Shown: one piece after another, positions 1 to 13,014 of the stretch
How the letters are laid out: every line of letters begins with the position of its first letter
Numbering within the stretch: position 1 is the stretch's first letter
Source of the DNA: Eledone cirrhosa
Lineage: Eukaryota
Direction: 5' to 3'
NCBI GenBank assembly: GCA_964016885.1
Contig: OZ024745.1
Span: forward strand, 93,868,001-93,932,000
Length of the DNA: 64,000 bases
Notes under the pieces: model-generated
Seen by the model: only the letters and a program-made list of their open reading frames with translations
Database searches by the model: none
Told to the model about the DNA's origin: nothing
Translations under genes and position numbers: made by a program

Positions 1-1130
1 ATCACAAGTATAGATGGTGATAATAATTCACTGAGACAGAAACTTCAGATATGAAACAATACATCATAAATGTTGACACTTGCTCAATAAAAACAATGCA
101 GCAGATGGATGAGTGTGTGTATGACATATGACATAGCTTAGATATACTTTCAGTTCTTTCCTACTGGTTACTTTATTAGAAGCAGGGGGGGGGGGGTAGT
201 GGGATGTGTGTGTATGTTGGGGGGGGGGGGGTAGTGGTGTGTGTGTGTAGCACAAATAGAAACAGCCTATACCATTGCTGCCTCAATGATATATACCTGA
301 AGAATGGTATGCAGAATCCCAGGAGGGGAAGGGAGTCAAGCCACCTCATGGTCCCAGAGGGCAGAATAGGGAAAGTGTTATTCCAGAGGATAGTAAGAGT
401 GATGCATTGAAACAGCCATTGCAACTGATGGGGCTCACTGCTGTGGGTGGCCAAGTCCACCTTGACAGTAGTGAGCAGGAATGTGGTTTGGAAACCAAGA
501 ATCTCCAGAAGTCTCTAATATGATTTCATGTGGTACAGAATGTTAAGAATTAACAGTGAAATCAAAAACATTATCCTCAACAAGCAAAATTTTTATGTGC
601 AAGTTAATCACTTAATTCTATTCAAAATTCAAAGGTACCTAGAATGAGAAATAAATCTGCCCTTTGAAAAGGACACCAGCCTGTTACAAACAACTTTCCC
701 CAGAAAACCAGGCACTTATTACCCACAACAAGAACTGACAGAAAATAGCAATTATCCATGTATATTCTAGTTTTTGAATAGGTATATCATATCTCTGCAT
801 GTCATACAAGACAATTTAAAAGGTTGGTCATAAACACTGCTTCAAAAAGTCCCATCCAACATATGTGAGCATGGAAAAAATGGACATAAAAACCATGATC
901 ATTAATGATCACAAGCAAAAAGAAAAGAAAAAAAAACAACCACTAACAGCATATCTGAACTTGCAATATATGGTGTAACTACATGTTATCCACCCAGCTG
1001 TATCACACTACAAAAGGTAAAAAAAGCTTTAATGTTTTACTAGGGGAGTGGGGTTAAGTATCCCCCACATGTAAGAGGTAATTACAAGAATTGGTTCAAG
1101 GGTAGCCAGCTATAAAACAATGCTTCAAAA

Positions 1131-2937
1131 ATGGCCACCAACTCCTATATTGACGACATCCTAGTGGACGAGTCTGTGGTGTCGGCGGCGGAGGTCACGA
1201 GCCATTTACAGGGGTATGGACTGGCTGCGAAGCCGTCAGAAGCGTTGGAGGGAGGAGCCGCGCTGGGACTTAGGCTACGGCGAGACAGGACGGGCGTCAT
1301 GAAGTTCCAGAACTGGGCCCAAGTATGAGTAGGCGGGAGCTTTTCTCGGTGTGTGGAAAGTTGGTGGGTCACTACCCGATAGCTGCATGCCGTCCTGAGC
1401 AACCCAGCAATGTCAAGAGACGAGCGGGAGGAGTGACTTGGAGTGACAGAGTGGGAGAGAGGACGGTGGCCATGATGCAGGAGATCGTGGGGAGGGTTAA
1501 AGCCGATGACCCAGTGTGAGGACGCTGGTATGTTCCCAAATCACAGAGCGGGACCCTATAGTGCGATGCATAGCGCTGGGTGTCACGTTGGAGATAGGAG
1601 GTGTTGAGGTCGAGGATGCATCCTGGCTTAGGAAGAAGGACTACAACCACATCAATGTGGCCGAACTGGACGCAGTGTTGAGAGGGGTGAACCTCGCCCT
1701 GAAGTGGGGACTGCGCACCATTGAGATGCGCACCGACTCGGCTACTGTACTCGGATGGGTGAGATCAGTGCTCACCAGTGAGAAGAGAGTGCGAACGAGA
1801 GGGGCGGCAGAGATGCTGATAAAATGCCGCCTGGGAACTTTAGGAGAGCTGGCCACCGAGTTCGACCTGAGGCTGAGCGTAGTTTTCGTGCCCTCGGAGA
1901 AAAATAGGGCGGACGTCTTAATTAGGGTGAAGAAAGCCTGGATGGAAGCGCTGGAGGAGGTAGAAGATGAGATAGCTGCCGTGTGTCGGCTGACCAAGTC
2001 GGATCTGAAAGGGTTGCATGACATGCACCACATGGGAGTGGATAGGAGCCTGTTCCTAGCCAGGAGAATCGACTCGGACGTTAACAGACACAGTGTTCAA
2101 AGGGTGGTTAGAGGCTGCGTCCGATGTCAGTCCATTGATCCCGCCCCGGGCGTGTACGAAACGGGAAGCCTCCCGGTGGATCGCGACTGGAAGCGATTGG
2201 CGGTGGATGTAACGCACTACCGACAGGGAGCGTACCTCTCGATGGTCGACTGTGGACCAGGACGGATGGCGATATGGAGGGAGATGAAGACTGGAACGGC
2301 CGAGGAAATCATGCGGACGTTGAGAGAGGTGTTCTTGGAGCGGGGCCCTGTGGGCGAACTGCTGATGGACAACAGCGCAGCGTTCCACTCGGAGGCGCTG
2401 AGGGAGATGCTCGATGGATGAAAGGTGGACCGTTTCTTCAGAGCAGCGCACAGGCCGAGCGGGAATGGAATTGTGGCGCGACACCACCGGACGATCAAGG
2501 CAATGGTGGAGCGGGGCCATATCTCACCAATGGAGGCAGTGTTCTGGTACAACATGTCCCCTCGGGTGGGACAGGTCGATGAATCGGTGCCACACAGAGC
2601 AGTATTCAGATACCAGTGGCGGCACCCGTGCACGCCACCACAATGGCCAGTGGGAAGAGAGAGTGCATTTGTGCAGGTGGGCGAAGAAGTCTGGGTTAAG
2701 CCCCCTGATGCACATTGCACATCTCAATGGGGAAGGGGAACGGTGACGGCCATAAATTTCCAGAACAATGTGTCCGTGGACGGAGTACTACGTCATGTCC
2801 TGGATGTCCGTAGAATCACTGTGTCAACGGACTCTGAGGAAGAGGAAACCCAAAGTGCCGCCCCAACACTGCGGAGATCGCAAACCACCAACCTGGACAG
2901 CAGACTTTCATATGCAGAAGGACGAGGGGGAAATTGA
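1131..2937 (+). pseudogene. Ty3/Gypsy LTR retrotransposon pol fragment (end of RT, RNase H, integrase), 5'-truncated and disrupted
   Basis: RT motif SYIDDILV; RNase H-like NHINVAELDAV...RTDSATV...NRAD; integrase HHCC (HDMHHMG...CVRC) and core AVDVT / LMDNSAAF / GIVARHHRTIK (catalytic E replaced by A). Frameshifts near 1320 and 1520-1560, in-frame TGA at 2419-2421. GC-rich relative to flanks. Confidence 0.93.
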
Positions 2938-2949
2938 TCCTTGAGATCA

Positions 2950-3204
2950 GGGGGGGGGGGGGGGGGGGGCGTGTGGTGGCCGGAAGCGGGGGAGTGCTCG
3001 ACCGGAAGGGTGCTTGGCCAGAAGGATGCTCGACCGGAAGGGCCAGCAGATTGGCCTCTCTCTAGTGGTGACCAGCAACGGTGTGGATGCGAGTTTTGGC
3101 AGCTGCCGGTGTTAAGGAGTTGGACGCACGTGGAAGAGAAACCAGCAGTGGGATTTAGCGGCACCTATGAAAAGCGGTAAGTGAGATAGCTTTTTCTAAC
3201 CACA
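2950..3204 (+). mobile_element. Polypurine tract and putative 3' LTR of the Gypsy element
   Basis: G-run 2950-2969 directly after pol. TGTGGT starts at 2972 and its inverted copy ACCACA is at 3199-3204 (alternative end CACAACA at 3216). Confidence 0.65.
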
Positions 3205-3209
3205 GGTTT

Positions 3210-3405
3210 CACAACAAAAAGCACCCAGCACTCACTGTAAATGAGGTTGGCGTTAGGAAGGGCATCCAACTTTAGAAACCAAGCCCAAATCAGTTCTGTA
3301 TGAGCAAGACATGGTCACCTGACATGGCATTGCTCACAACAGGATAACTTATCTAACCCATGCCAGTGTGGAAAAGTGGACGTTAAATGGTGGTGGTGAT
3401 GATGA
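3210..3405 (+). mobile_element. RTE-LINE/SINE 3' tail fragment
   Basis: ttaggaagggcatcc...tctaacccatgccag...ggacgttaaa plus (gat)n, the same tail as the RTE copy ending near 47768. Confidence 0.8.
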
Positions 3406-3842
3406 TATATATATATATATATATATGCATGTATGTATGTTTAGAGTTTTCACACTATATCAACAAAGAATGTAAGCATCATTGAAAAGCTTGTTCTTCA
3501 AATGAAATCCATGTTACAGACACTCCCTTATCAATCATGCTATTGGAAATGTAGTGAAGCAACAACTGGTCAACTAAAAACCTGTAACAAACAACACTCT
3601 TGTTCACAAATTGTGAAATAAAAATAAATAACCCATTTGAACTTCCAATTTAATCAGCTCAGAGAAATATCTGTAGTCCAAGATTTCACAGTTAATTAGA
3701 TTCTTTATAAAATCACACAAATTCTTGATCAGCATTACCAACAGACAGCACCAACATTTAGCATTTAATTTGTTTCTTCCCAAAGTCATTACAGTGAAGC
3801 ATTACTGGAATGTTCTAAGTTTGATTTGAGACCACTTGAAGG

Positions 3843-3891
3843 AATATTTGAAAAGTCCATCTGTCTTATACAGATGGACTATTCAAATATT
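3843..3891. repeat. Inverted repeat hairpin, 22-bp arms, 5-nt loop
   Basis: aatatttgaaaagtccatctgt-cttat-acagatggactattcaaatatt, one mismatch. Confidence 0.85.
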
Positions 3892-5107
3892 TCTCCTATC
3901 AAGTCGTAATATACATAGTGAATATGGCGGACTGAGAAGAAAAAGTAATCCATTTTCGGACAATGTAAAGAGAAGACATATCTATCAAAAATGTTAATGG
4001 TCTAAACAATTGAGGAAACGAGTTGTTTACTTCTACTGAAGAAAACAATCATTTCCACTGATAATTATTTATTTTCTGCAATATCACAATAGAAACCAGT
4101 TACAATATGGTTAAAGACAGATAGGTAGCAAACAGAGTGATTGCTAGGACATTTGTACATCGGGTTCTAGGATGAAAAACATGATAATTACAGATTTAAT
4201 GAATAATGACTAAAATAAAAATAAAAAAGTATATTTTAACTTTTTCCTTTTTAATGAAATACACTGCCTTATATGATTCAATTTTGAAAATTAATCAAGA
4301 ATGGAAGAATTTAGTCAAATAATTAATGCAAGTGCAAGACCAGTTAATCATGTCAGGGGTTAATTATATCAACTCCAGTACTTGGTTAGTACTATATTTT
4401 ATTAACCCCAGAAAGAAGCAGAATGAAGCAGGTTGCTTTGACAGGATCAGAGAGGCAGAATGGGACAGGTTGCTATAAAAAGGTTTGTTTAAGCATGATG
4501 GGCCACAGTTGTAACTCAGTAATTTTTTCATAAGCTACAGGATTCCTAGGACTAGTGTTTAATTCTTATTTCTATAACCACACATCCACTAAAAATTAAT
4601 AAATGTGTGTGTTAATACAATAGCTTCAAATAGAAATTAAAATCAGGAAAAAAGAAAAAACAAAATTTATCTGAGATAGTGGTAATAGGAAGTACATTTA
4701 TACAAAGAAAAGTTAGTTTTTCAATTAAAAATCGAAATTATTACAATATTTTCTTACATATTGATAATCAAGTTACAAGATCAGATCATATGCTTTAATG
4801 ATATTTCAGCAGACATTCACACATTTACACATACACTCATAAATAAATCTCCCTTCCCACTCCCACTATGTAAATAAAACTGCCACAAGAACACATTCAC
4901 ATGCGATACCATATTGGCATGGAATAGATGTAGTAGACTGATGTTTGCCATTTACCCTAGAAATATCATCTTTGTCATCATTTTACACACATTTTTCACA
5001 CTTCCATGGGTTGAACTAATAAAAAACATATATGGGTCTGTCAAGTTTCCACAATGCTTGCTAAATTTGCATTTAAGTAGCTGAGTATTCCACAAATACC
5101 TGTACCC

Positions 5108-5331
5108 TTAAACCTTTAACATTTACATTACTCTATATTTACTATTGTATTTTCACGGTAAAAATTTTAGCACACGCAATTATCTCACACAATATCAAAT
5201 CTATGAGATTTTCATATTTATTGAGAACAATACCTTAACATAAGTATGAGCAGCCAGTTACAGCCAGTTTTAAAAGAAAGAGGTGAGAAAATTTTGGCCA
5301 GATACGGCCGGTTTAAATGCTAAAGGGTTAA
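5108..5331. mobile_element. piggyBac-like MITE (about 220 bp)
   Basis: Family termini TTAA-ccctttagcattta ... taaatgctaaaggg-TTAA. About 10 copies in the window. Confidence 0.8.
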
Positions 5332-5574
5332 TGTATTCTTCATGCAGAATCAGCACGTAACAAGGCTGAACTTTTGAATTATTGGTGTTATATAGCTTAC
5401 AGGCTTCCACACAGTTTCTGTTTGCTGTTTACCCAATATTTCTCACATGGCTTGTGTCAACCCAAGGCTATGGTAACACACTTATGCAAGATGCTACACA
5501 ATAAGATTGAGTCCAAGACCTTGTGATTGCAAAACAAACTTAACTATTAGGTCATGTTTTGTCCACCGTATGAA

Positions 5575-5890
5575 TGGGTAAAGACCTCCACTTCAGTTAT
5601 GAGTGACCATGAAATTTGCATCTAGAAATTTGCCCTCTGAGGTACAAATCCAGGACAGGTTGTTTGTGAAAGACCAGCAGTTGCCCATACATACCAGACT
5701 CCCCTCTCCACGCCAACGATGTTGTCTAAGGGAAAGGCAAAAGCCAATACGGCTTGGCACCAGTGACATCGCAACTCATTTCTACAGCTGAGTATACTGG
5801 AGCAGCATGAAATAAAGTGTCTTGCTCAAGAACACAACACAGCCTGGGAATCAAACTCACAACTTCACGATTGTAAGCCCAATGATGTAA
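5575..5890 (-). mobile_element. tRNA-headed SINE (family A variant)
   Basis: Reverse strand reads gaaggcacatgtcttaatagtta...gtgagtttgattccca...ttcttgagcaagacactttatttca...ctcagctgtagaaatgag, homologous to 22505-22845, with a different tail. Confidence 0.75.
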
Positions 5891-6547
5891 CTATTAAGAC
5901 ATGTGCCTTCATTTATAAATAGTGCTTCAATAAATCACATGTAGATTCCCCAATAAAGCTCCCCACCTTCAAATATCCAATTAGGTTAACTAAAGGAACA
6001 GAGAACTGTGTGTCTTTCTGTTAATTTAATTTGGTTAAAGTATATTTGAACACTTATAACTGCAATGAAACCCTGTGATAACACTCAGATGCCAGAATAT
6101 TTAGTAGTAGTAGTAGCAATAGTAATAGTAGTAAGACAATGTTCAACCAGATAACTAGTCACCTGACATGCAGATTACTTCAACACCAGTGCATCTATCT
6201 GATTAATCCTAACATTAAAAAACAAAGAGCCTAACCACCACCACCACCACTGCAATAAAGTAAAAAACACACACAAACACACACCTATAGCTTCAAAGAA
6301 GATTAACTTATCTTCAGCTACTTAGCTATATTTGTCTGAAAATATCACTGGATGAACTTTGGGGTTTTTCTTGGGTTTTTTTTGTTTGTTTTTTACAAGC
6401 AAACTATATAAGCGTATCAAGAATAATTTTTAACATAAGCATCATCATTGACCACAGATGAACATTCCTGGCAAATTCTGTCCACAATTCATGATTTTCC
6501 ATTGTTCCTTATTGAGGTTTGTACCATCTGAGAATTCATTGATTATA

Positions 6548-6760
6548 TCTTTAGCATTTAAACTAGCCCTATCCAGTTAGAATTCTCTCACCTTTTTCTG
6601 TTTAAACTGGCCACTCATACTGATGTTAAAGTATTGTTCCCAAAAATAAATAATATCAAAATCTTATAGATTCAATATTATGTGAGATAATTATGTAAGG
6701 TAAAGCCTTTACCGGAAAATACAATAGTAAATATAGAGTAATGTAAATGTTAAAGGGTTA
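6548..6760. mobile_element. piggyBac-like MITE copy (opposite orientation)
   Basis: tttagcatttaaac ... taaatgttaaagggtta, same internal sequence as 5108-5331. Confidence 0.75.
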
Positions 6761-7624
6761 CTGCATCTACCATGAGTTGGTTCTCACAATAATAACTTGT
6801 CTATAACTTCCTCTTACTTCTCCAGCAATGTCCTACATATTGTAACCATCTTTGAAGAATTGTAGTTGTTATCTAAGTCAAGTTTCCATATAAACTTTAC
6901 TCAGAAAAATTAATATATTATTCTTCAGAACAACTGTTGTGACAGTGTTGTTGTATGGATCAAGAACATGGACCCTGACAAGCATTTGAGAAGAAACTAG
7001 ATGGTGCATACACTAAAATGTTTAGGGTTATACAAAACAAACTGGTTTAATGCATTACAAATGAAAGTTTATATTACAAATGAAAGTTTATATTTCTTTT
7101 TTTATGAATTAAAATTAGGAAAAAAAAAACAAGTTTAAAAATTACAATTTAAATTAAAATCTATTACCATATTATTATCATCATCATCATCATATTCATT
7201 AGTATATAAGTTTCTCTCAATTTCTAGAAATTATATAATATTTAATTATATTCTTTAAGCAATATCTGCTCTCTGCTGAACACTGCTTGACAAATACTTT
7301 TAGTACAATGCAGGACTCCCCCCTATCATGACAAATATGGTCAACCACCATTACTCCTATAACCTCCAGCCCTCAACTGAAAGCGCCCACCTCTACTTCT
7401 AAGAATTCATACACTCTAAACCATTGTTTCCCAAAGTGGGCCAAACCGCCCCCATGGAGGCAGTACTTCGATATGGGGGGGGGGGGGAAGAGACAGTGTA
7501 GTATTAAAAAAAAAAAAAAAAAAAAAAAAAAGCTATTTATTGTTTAAATTTGAAACAATAAATAGCTTGTTTTTTTCTTTTTTACAAATATATTGCATAT
7601 GTATATTAAGCATTTATATAGACA

Positions 7625-8217
7625 TCTTTATATATATAAAAGCGAGGATGTGTGTGTACAACTTTGCATGCATAAGGCTTTCACAATTACCAACTGAATT
7701 TGACCAAATTTTCAGTGCACGTTGCACAGGTCGCTAAGATTGTCACATCAAACATTTTTCAAATCGACCCACGTTGAGCAATAAAAAATTGATATAAAAA
7801 TTATCGGTAGAAAAATTGATGTAAGGGAGATAAACTTTATTGACAATCCTTATAAAAAAGGGAGATAACCAACTTTTCAGAAATTGGTTTACCTCCTAAT
7901 ACATTGGTTCTGAAAGAGGGAACACCATTTATTTTGCTGAGAAATATCACTCCTCCAAAACTATGCACCTGTTTTTTTACAGATTTGCAACGTGTATTGT
8001 CTTTAATCATTTGTATAACTACATCCTCTTCAGTGTTTTCCTTCATTATCAGCATAGTTTTATGTGTATAAAGATTGCACTAAATATTCGTTTGCATTAA
8101 TTATTGAAAACTTCTGCTTAGTTTGACAGGTTGGGGACAAATAATGTTCTTTTACTTCCTAGCTGTATACTCTTAGCATAATTTCAAACCCCAAGCAGCA
8201 CCGGGTAAATCTGCTAG
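7625..8217 (+). mobile_element. Non-autonomous Helitron nested in the hAT element
   Basis: 5' TC (tctttatatatataaaagc), subterminal GC-rich imperfect hairpin (acccc...cgggt), 3' CTAG, inserted between A and T, no TSD. Confidence 0.7.
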
Positions 8218-8222
8218 TCTAT

Positions 8223-8279
8223 AATAAAGACATCTATGAGATTGTGTAGATTCTACACAATATCATAGATGTCTTTATT
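8223..8279. repeat. Near-perfect palindrome, 28-bp arms, 1-nt centre
   Basis: aataaagacatctatgagattgtgtaga-t-tctacacaatatcatagatgtctttatt, one mismatch. Confidence 0.9.
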
Positions 8280-8999
8280 CTTATTGGCAAAATCACATTC
8301 TTTTTACATCTATGTTACTAATGATAAACTAACATCATCACCATCATTGTTTAATGTCCACTTTCTCTGCTAGTAAGGTTTGGATGTGTCATCATAGACT
8401 GATGGTGGGGGCGCTGAGGGTATTACGTGGCCCCAAAAGTTTGAGAACCTCTGCTCTAAACAAAGCCATCAGCCTACCATAAACTTTATCCTCTCTGTTC
8501 CAATGGCTCCATTTTACTGCTAGTTCATCCCCTCGTTAGCTCCACAACATGAACACAATTAGCAGCATTATGGAGAGATATGTGCTATTGTAAAGATAAC
8601 CCTATAGAAGATCAATTACTAAAAATATTCTGCAGAGGAAGACAGACTCTGCAAGATACAGTAAAAGCAACCTATCTAGAAGAGCAGTAACTCAAGAAAA
8701 CTGAAACAATGTAGAAGGGTTACTTTTGTCCAGACACACAACCATTCTTGTATTGAACTCAGTCCATGCTGTAAAACAGTTAGTGATAAAACAATGCCAA
8801 CATTGTGTCAGTTACAATACAAAGAAAAACCCTGAGTGTATATACATGGTTAACATTGACTATGTTAGTGCTATGCAATGTAGTGGAGAGATCAAGTGAA
8901 AATATCTGGCCATATGTGATAACCCTTTTTTCCTGCCATTAAATATTATACCAACTCTTTTCCTTTCAGATGCAGGGAACAGACATCAAGCAACAACCC

Positions 9000-10960
9000 A
9001 ACAACCACAGTGAACACTGTCTGTTCTTGTCAAATACAAAGTTTCAGGACTGCCAATGATGGTATGATAAAAGGTAGGTCTGGAAAGATTGCGAAGATAC
9101 TAGAAGAAAAGCAAGTAAATGTGTGCTGTGTATATAAAGTGAGCTGGGTGGGGGTGGAGAGACTTGGCCAGGTCTTCACAGGCAAGGAACACAGGTATAA
9201 GTACTTCTGGGTGGCTAACAGCTCTGAGGTAGGTGAAGTAGACAAACATATTCTTGACAACAAAATGGATAAAGTAACTGAGGTAGTCAGAATGTGTGAC
9301 AAAATAATAGAAAATGTGACAGAATAATTAAGCTTAGACTAGTCATAGGTAACACTCTAGCAAGTTATTTCTGCCTATGTTTAATGAACATAAATGAAAG
9401 CAAGTGGCTTAGTGGTTAAAAAATTGGATTCACAATTGTGAGGGTGTGAATTTGATTCCTGCACCAGGTGATGCGTTTTGTCCTTGAGCAAGACACTTTA
9501 TTTCATGTTCTTACTGCCAGGGGCTGTGACTTGTAAATAGTATCAGAAATGGAAACATTGTTTCCTTCATCCAATTTGATGAGTTCCACCCACTTGGTAA
9601 GCAAATGAGGCCTGGGATCTTGTTAATGGATTGATTAATGAACATATTTAGGCAATATCAAGGAGGGTTGAAGGCTTTGAAGTCCTGGACATAAATAAAA
9701 CCTTTTGCAACTTCAGGAAACTGGCTTCCCACCTAACCAATAAGACAAACATGCAAGCCAATAGACTTCATACACACCAGGAAACAGAATAGACAGATGG
9801 TTACGAATACCAAGACTTTCCCAAGTGAACAATTTACCACTCAACATAGTTTAGTGATTAATAACACCAGAATAAAAAATAGACAGACACAGAAGTTCTA
9901 GGCGACATGTATGCTGAGAATGAGGATTTACAAACCTTATAACAAAGGACAATTTGAAGTTTCTATAAGACAACATGCTATGAGCTACAGACCGAAACTG
10001 CTGTTGGAACAAAGTCAGAGAGAAAGAGCTATGGTGGTGGAATTGCATAGTAGGTAGACCAGTAATGTTAAAAGAATGGCTTAGAAAGATTAGAAAAAAT
10101 GGGAGTAGAAAACAATACCAGTTAGCTAAAGGAGAAGGTAGACATCAGAAAATAACTGAACCATCAGGGACAGATGTTGAAAATATCTGAAGGCCTGCAC
10201 TAGTCACTTGCATAGTAAATTAGAGATGTCATACTAAATGACTTGTATAGCACTATCACCAACTTCTATAAAAGCAAAGATGTTTTAATCTTTTAGCATT
10301 TGCACTACTCTATATTTACTATTGTATTTTCACAGTAAAGGCTTTATCGCACACAATTATCTCACATCATATGAAATCTATGAGATTTTGATATTTATTT
10401 TGAGAACAATACCTTAATGTTGGAATGAGTGGCCAGTTACAGCTGGTTTAAATGCTAAAGGGTTAAAAAGAATTACAGACAGAAATGCTTTGGCTCAAGC
10501 TATGAAGGGAACAGAATTATAGCAATATCAAAGATTAAGAAGAGAATAGCTTATGAGATACAGTTTGGATTTGTGCTATGATGGGGTACCACTGATGCCC
10601 TATTCCAAATAAGACAACTACTGATGTTTTTGGATAAAGGCAAATCACTAGCATTCATCTATCTGGAGAAGATCTTTGTTAGGGTAACACACTTTATAGT
10701 CAGGCAGCCACTAAAAAAAATAAGTGTAAATAAATGGCTTGTGGAAATTATAAGCAATGTACAGAGATACTGTTAGCAAGGTGAAAACAATTAGCATGCA
10801 GGTAGGTATCCATCAAGAGTAGGTTCTCATCTGCTGTTTATTATATTTCTTGAGGCTAGAGAGATTAAGACTGGCCGCCTGTGGGAACTTCTATATGCCA
10901 ATGACCTAGTTCTCATAGCTGATGAATCTGTCCAAGATTTAGAAAAAATTCCACACTTGC
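9000..10960 (+). pseudogene. Old, degenerate RTE LINE (AP-endonuclease N-terminus and RT remnants) interrupted by younger insertions
   Basis: ANDGMIKGRSGKIAKILEEKQVNVCCV...HRYKYFW (endonuclease); later QFGFV..GTTDALF, VGIHQ, KTGRLWELLYANDLVLIA. Interrupted by a SINE head (9403-9510), an unrelated segment (about 9530-10030) and a TTAA MITE (10285-10466). Confidence 0.8.
10285..10466. mobile_element. piggyBac-like MITE copy inserted in the RTE remnant
   Basis: ttaatcttttagcatttg ... taaatgctaaagggttaa. Confidence 0.8.
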
Positions 10961-12194
10961 TTTTAACATTTCATTTAACTCCCACTACTACCTCAAACAA
11001 CCCCATTTGAAACTAAAAAACAATAAAAAAGAAATGTATTATCTGAATTGAAATAGTATCTATTTATATATCATAAAATGGGAAACGCATTAGTCACAAC
11101 TTATTGAAAGTACAATAGTCTTTGTTTGTCTGGGCAAGCTGACTACATGCTTCTCTCACTTTAAAGCTGTTTGACTCATCATCCTCTTCACCTGTATGAT
11201 GTAACACCTCTCCCACCTCCATCCTAACACTGTACTAAATACATCACACAATCCCTCTTCTCCCATACAATCACCATTCCCACCCCATACAGGTTTTAAC
11301 AGCCAACACCTGACCTGCAAAAGTTCAAACTAAACATCAAACACATTACCTACACTATCACTACACATATATTTATCCTATTCTTCAGTATAAGAGGGAA
11401 GGGTGAAAATACTTATGCTAATGATCCTCTCCTGCCATTTCCTCCTCCACAGACATTTTGACTGTGTTTTCTCCTCAGTCAACTAAAATTAAAGAAAACT
11501 TACAAGATGGTATTGAAGAACAACTAAAAGACAAGCTAATACAGGAGTCTCTACATGATGGCTCAACCAGCTAGAAGTAGCAACACGATTTCCCTCAAAT
11601 ACCACCTTATTACTCTTTTTAAAAAATGAAGGAAATGGTGAATAATGCTGTCCCAGATATACTATGCCTGAAAAAAAAACACCTAGGGACTAAAAACAAC
11701 AACTAGATATGTGTATGTATTTCCTGTATACAGGAAATTCATATGAATCATCATTTGTTTAATTATTAAATGCAGATGAAATATGCAATATTACCCAAGG
11801 CCCAAATGGTGTAATGGGATATCATGATGATGATATTGAGTATTATTCATCCATCCCATGCTGACACGATTTCTATATACATCATCAAAAGCAAATACAC
11901 AAGATATATATGAAAAACTCTGACAGACCCTATAACAGAGATCTAGAACCCGGGGCAACTTTACCCTAAGTGGGGGTGGGAGGTAAATTTGCTAATTCAA
12001 GATTTGTACATATTTTTTTTCAATTATAATTAAAATCGATCTGATGTTGAGAACATTTGAAGTAGGCCTCTTTTAATTATTAAAATACTAATTAGTTTTG
12101 GACTTAACAATCTGAATGAGTTTCATTAATCGATGTGTTCATATTAACCGATGGCATTTGGTCCTAGTATCAGTATCTGTTAATTATTGTATGC

Positions 12195-12626
12195 ATATCC
12201 AGTCCTAAATAAATGAGGTCATGTAGGTGTCACGACAAAAAAACACAGTCCACACTGTAATGTGGCCATGTAGGTAACACGGTAAAAGCCTCCCAGTCCA
12301 CATTGTAAACGTGGTTGGTGTTAGGAAGGGCATCCAGCCGTAGAAAAGCCGCCAGACAGTCCTATATGAGCAAGACAACCAATCTTGCTTCACGTGGGAC
12401 AATTCCTGTCTAAACCCATGCTAGCGTGGAAGATAGACGTTAAACGATGTTGATGATGATGGATGATGGATGATTGGATGATGGATGATTGGATGATGGG
12501 ATGATGGGATGATGGGATGATGGGATGATGGGATGATGGGATGATGGGATGATGGGATGATGGGATGATGGGATGATTGGATGATGGGATGATTGATGTA
12601 TGTATGTATGTATGTATGTATGTATG

Positions 12627-12656
<30 letters not shown>
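12195..12656 (+). repeat. RTE 3' tail followed by compound microsatellite (GAT)n/(GGGATGAT)n/(TATG)n
   Basis: ttaggaagggcatccagccgtagaaa...atagacgttaaacgatg, then simple repeats at 12450-12656. Confidence 0.85.
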
Positions 12657-12657
<1 letters not shown>

Positions 12658-13014
12658 GGTCCTGTAATTCCTGATGGAGTCGTAGGGGCGCCGTAGTGAC
12701 ATACAGGGTTTCTTGGGTATTTTAAGTCTGATGGAGCCCATTCCTCTTCAGGTCTGAGTACAGCAGATTTGTTGTTATTCTTATAGAGGGGCGGGGGGTA
12801 GAACTTACCCCAGTACTAGACAAACTTTTTTTATTGACCTCATTTGTTGTTCATAAATAAGTGAAATAATATTGTGCTATTATTGTTATCTGAACCTAAA
12901 ATAATGGTTTAGGCAGAAAACCAACAATTTTGGGGGGTGAGGAAAATCAATTTAATCAACCCCAGTGCATTAATAGTACTTTATTATATTAACACTATAA
13001 GGATGAAAGGCTTC

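Larger units (their letters stand above)
7422..8453. mobile_element. Non-autonomous hAT (Charlie-like) element with 8-bp TSD
   Basis: TIRs cattgtttcccaaa / tttgagaacctctg. Perfect TSD ctctaaac at 7414-7421 and 8454-8461. Confidence 0.85.

Noticed and set aside
3895-4960. Short open frames after minus-strand AG sites (about 3900-4000 and 4870-4957) as terminal exons
   Set aside because: Peptides are unrecognisable and within chance expectation.
9530-10030. Possible CR1/L2-like RT remnant on the minus strand
   Set aside because: Only faint motif similarity (FRSVAHSML), too degraded to call without a search.
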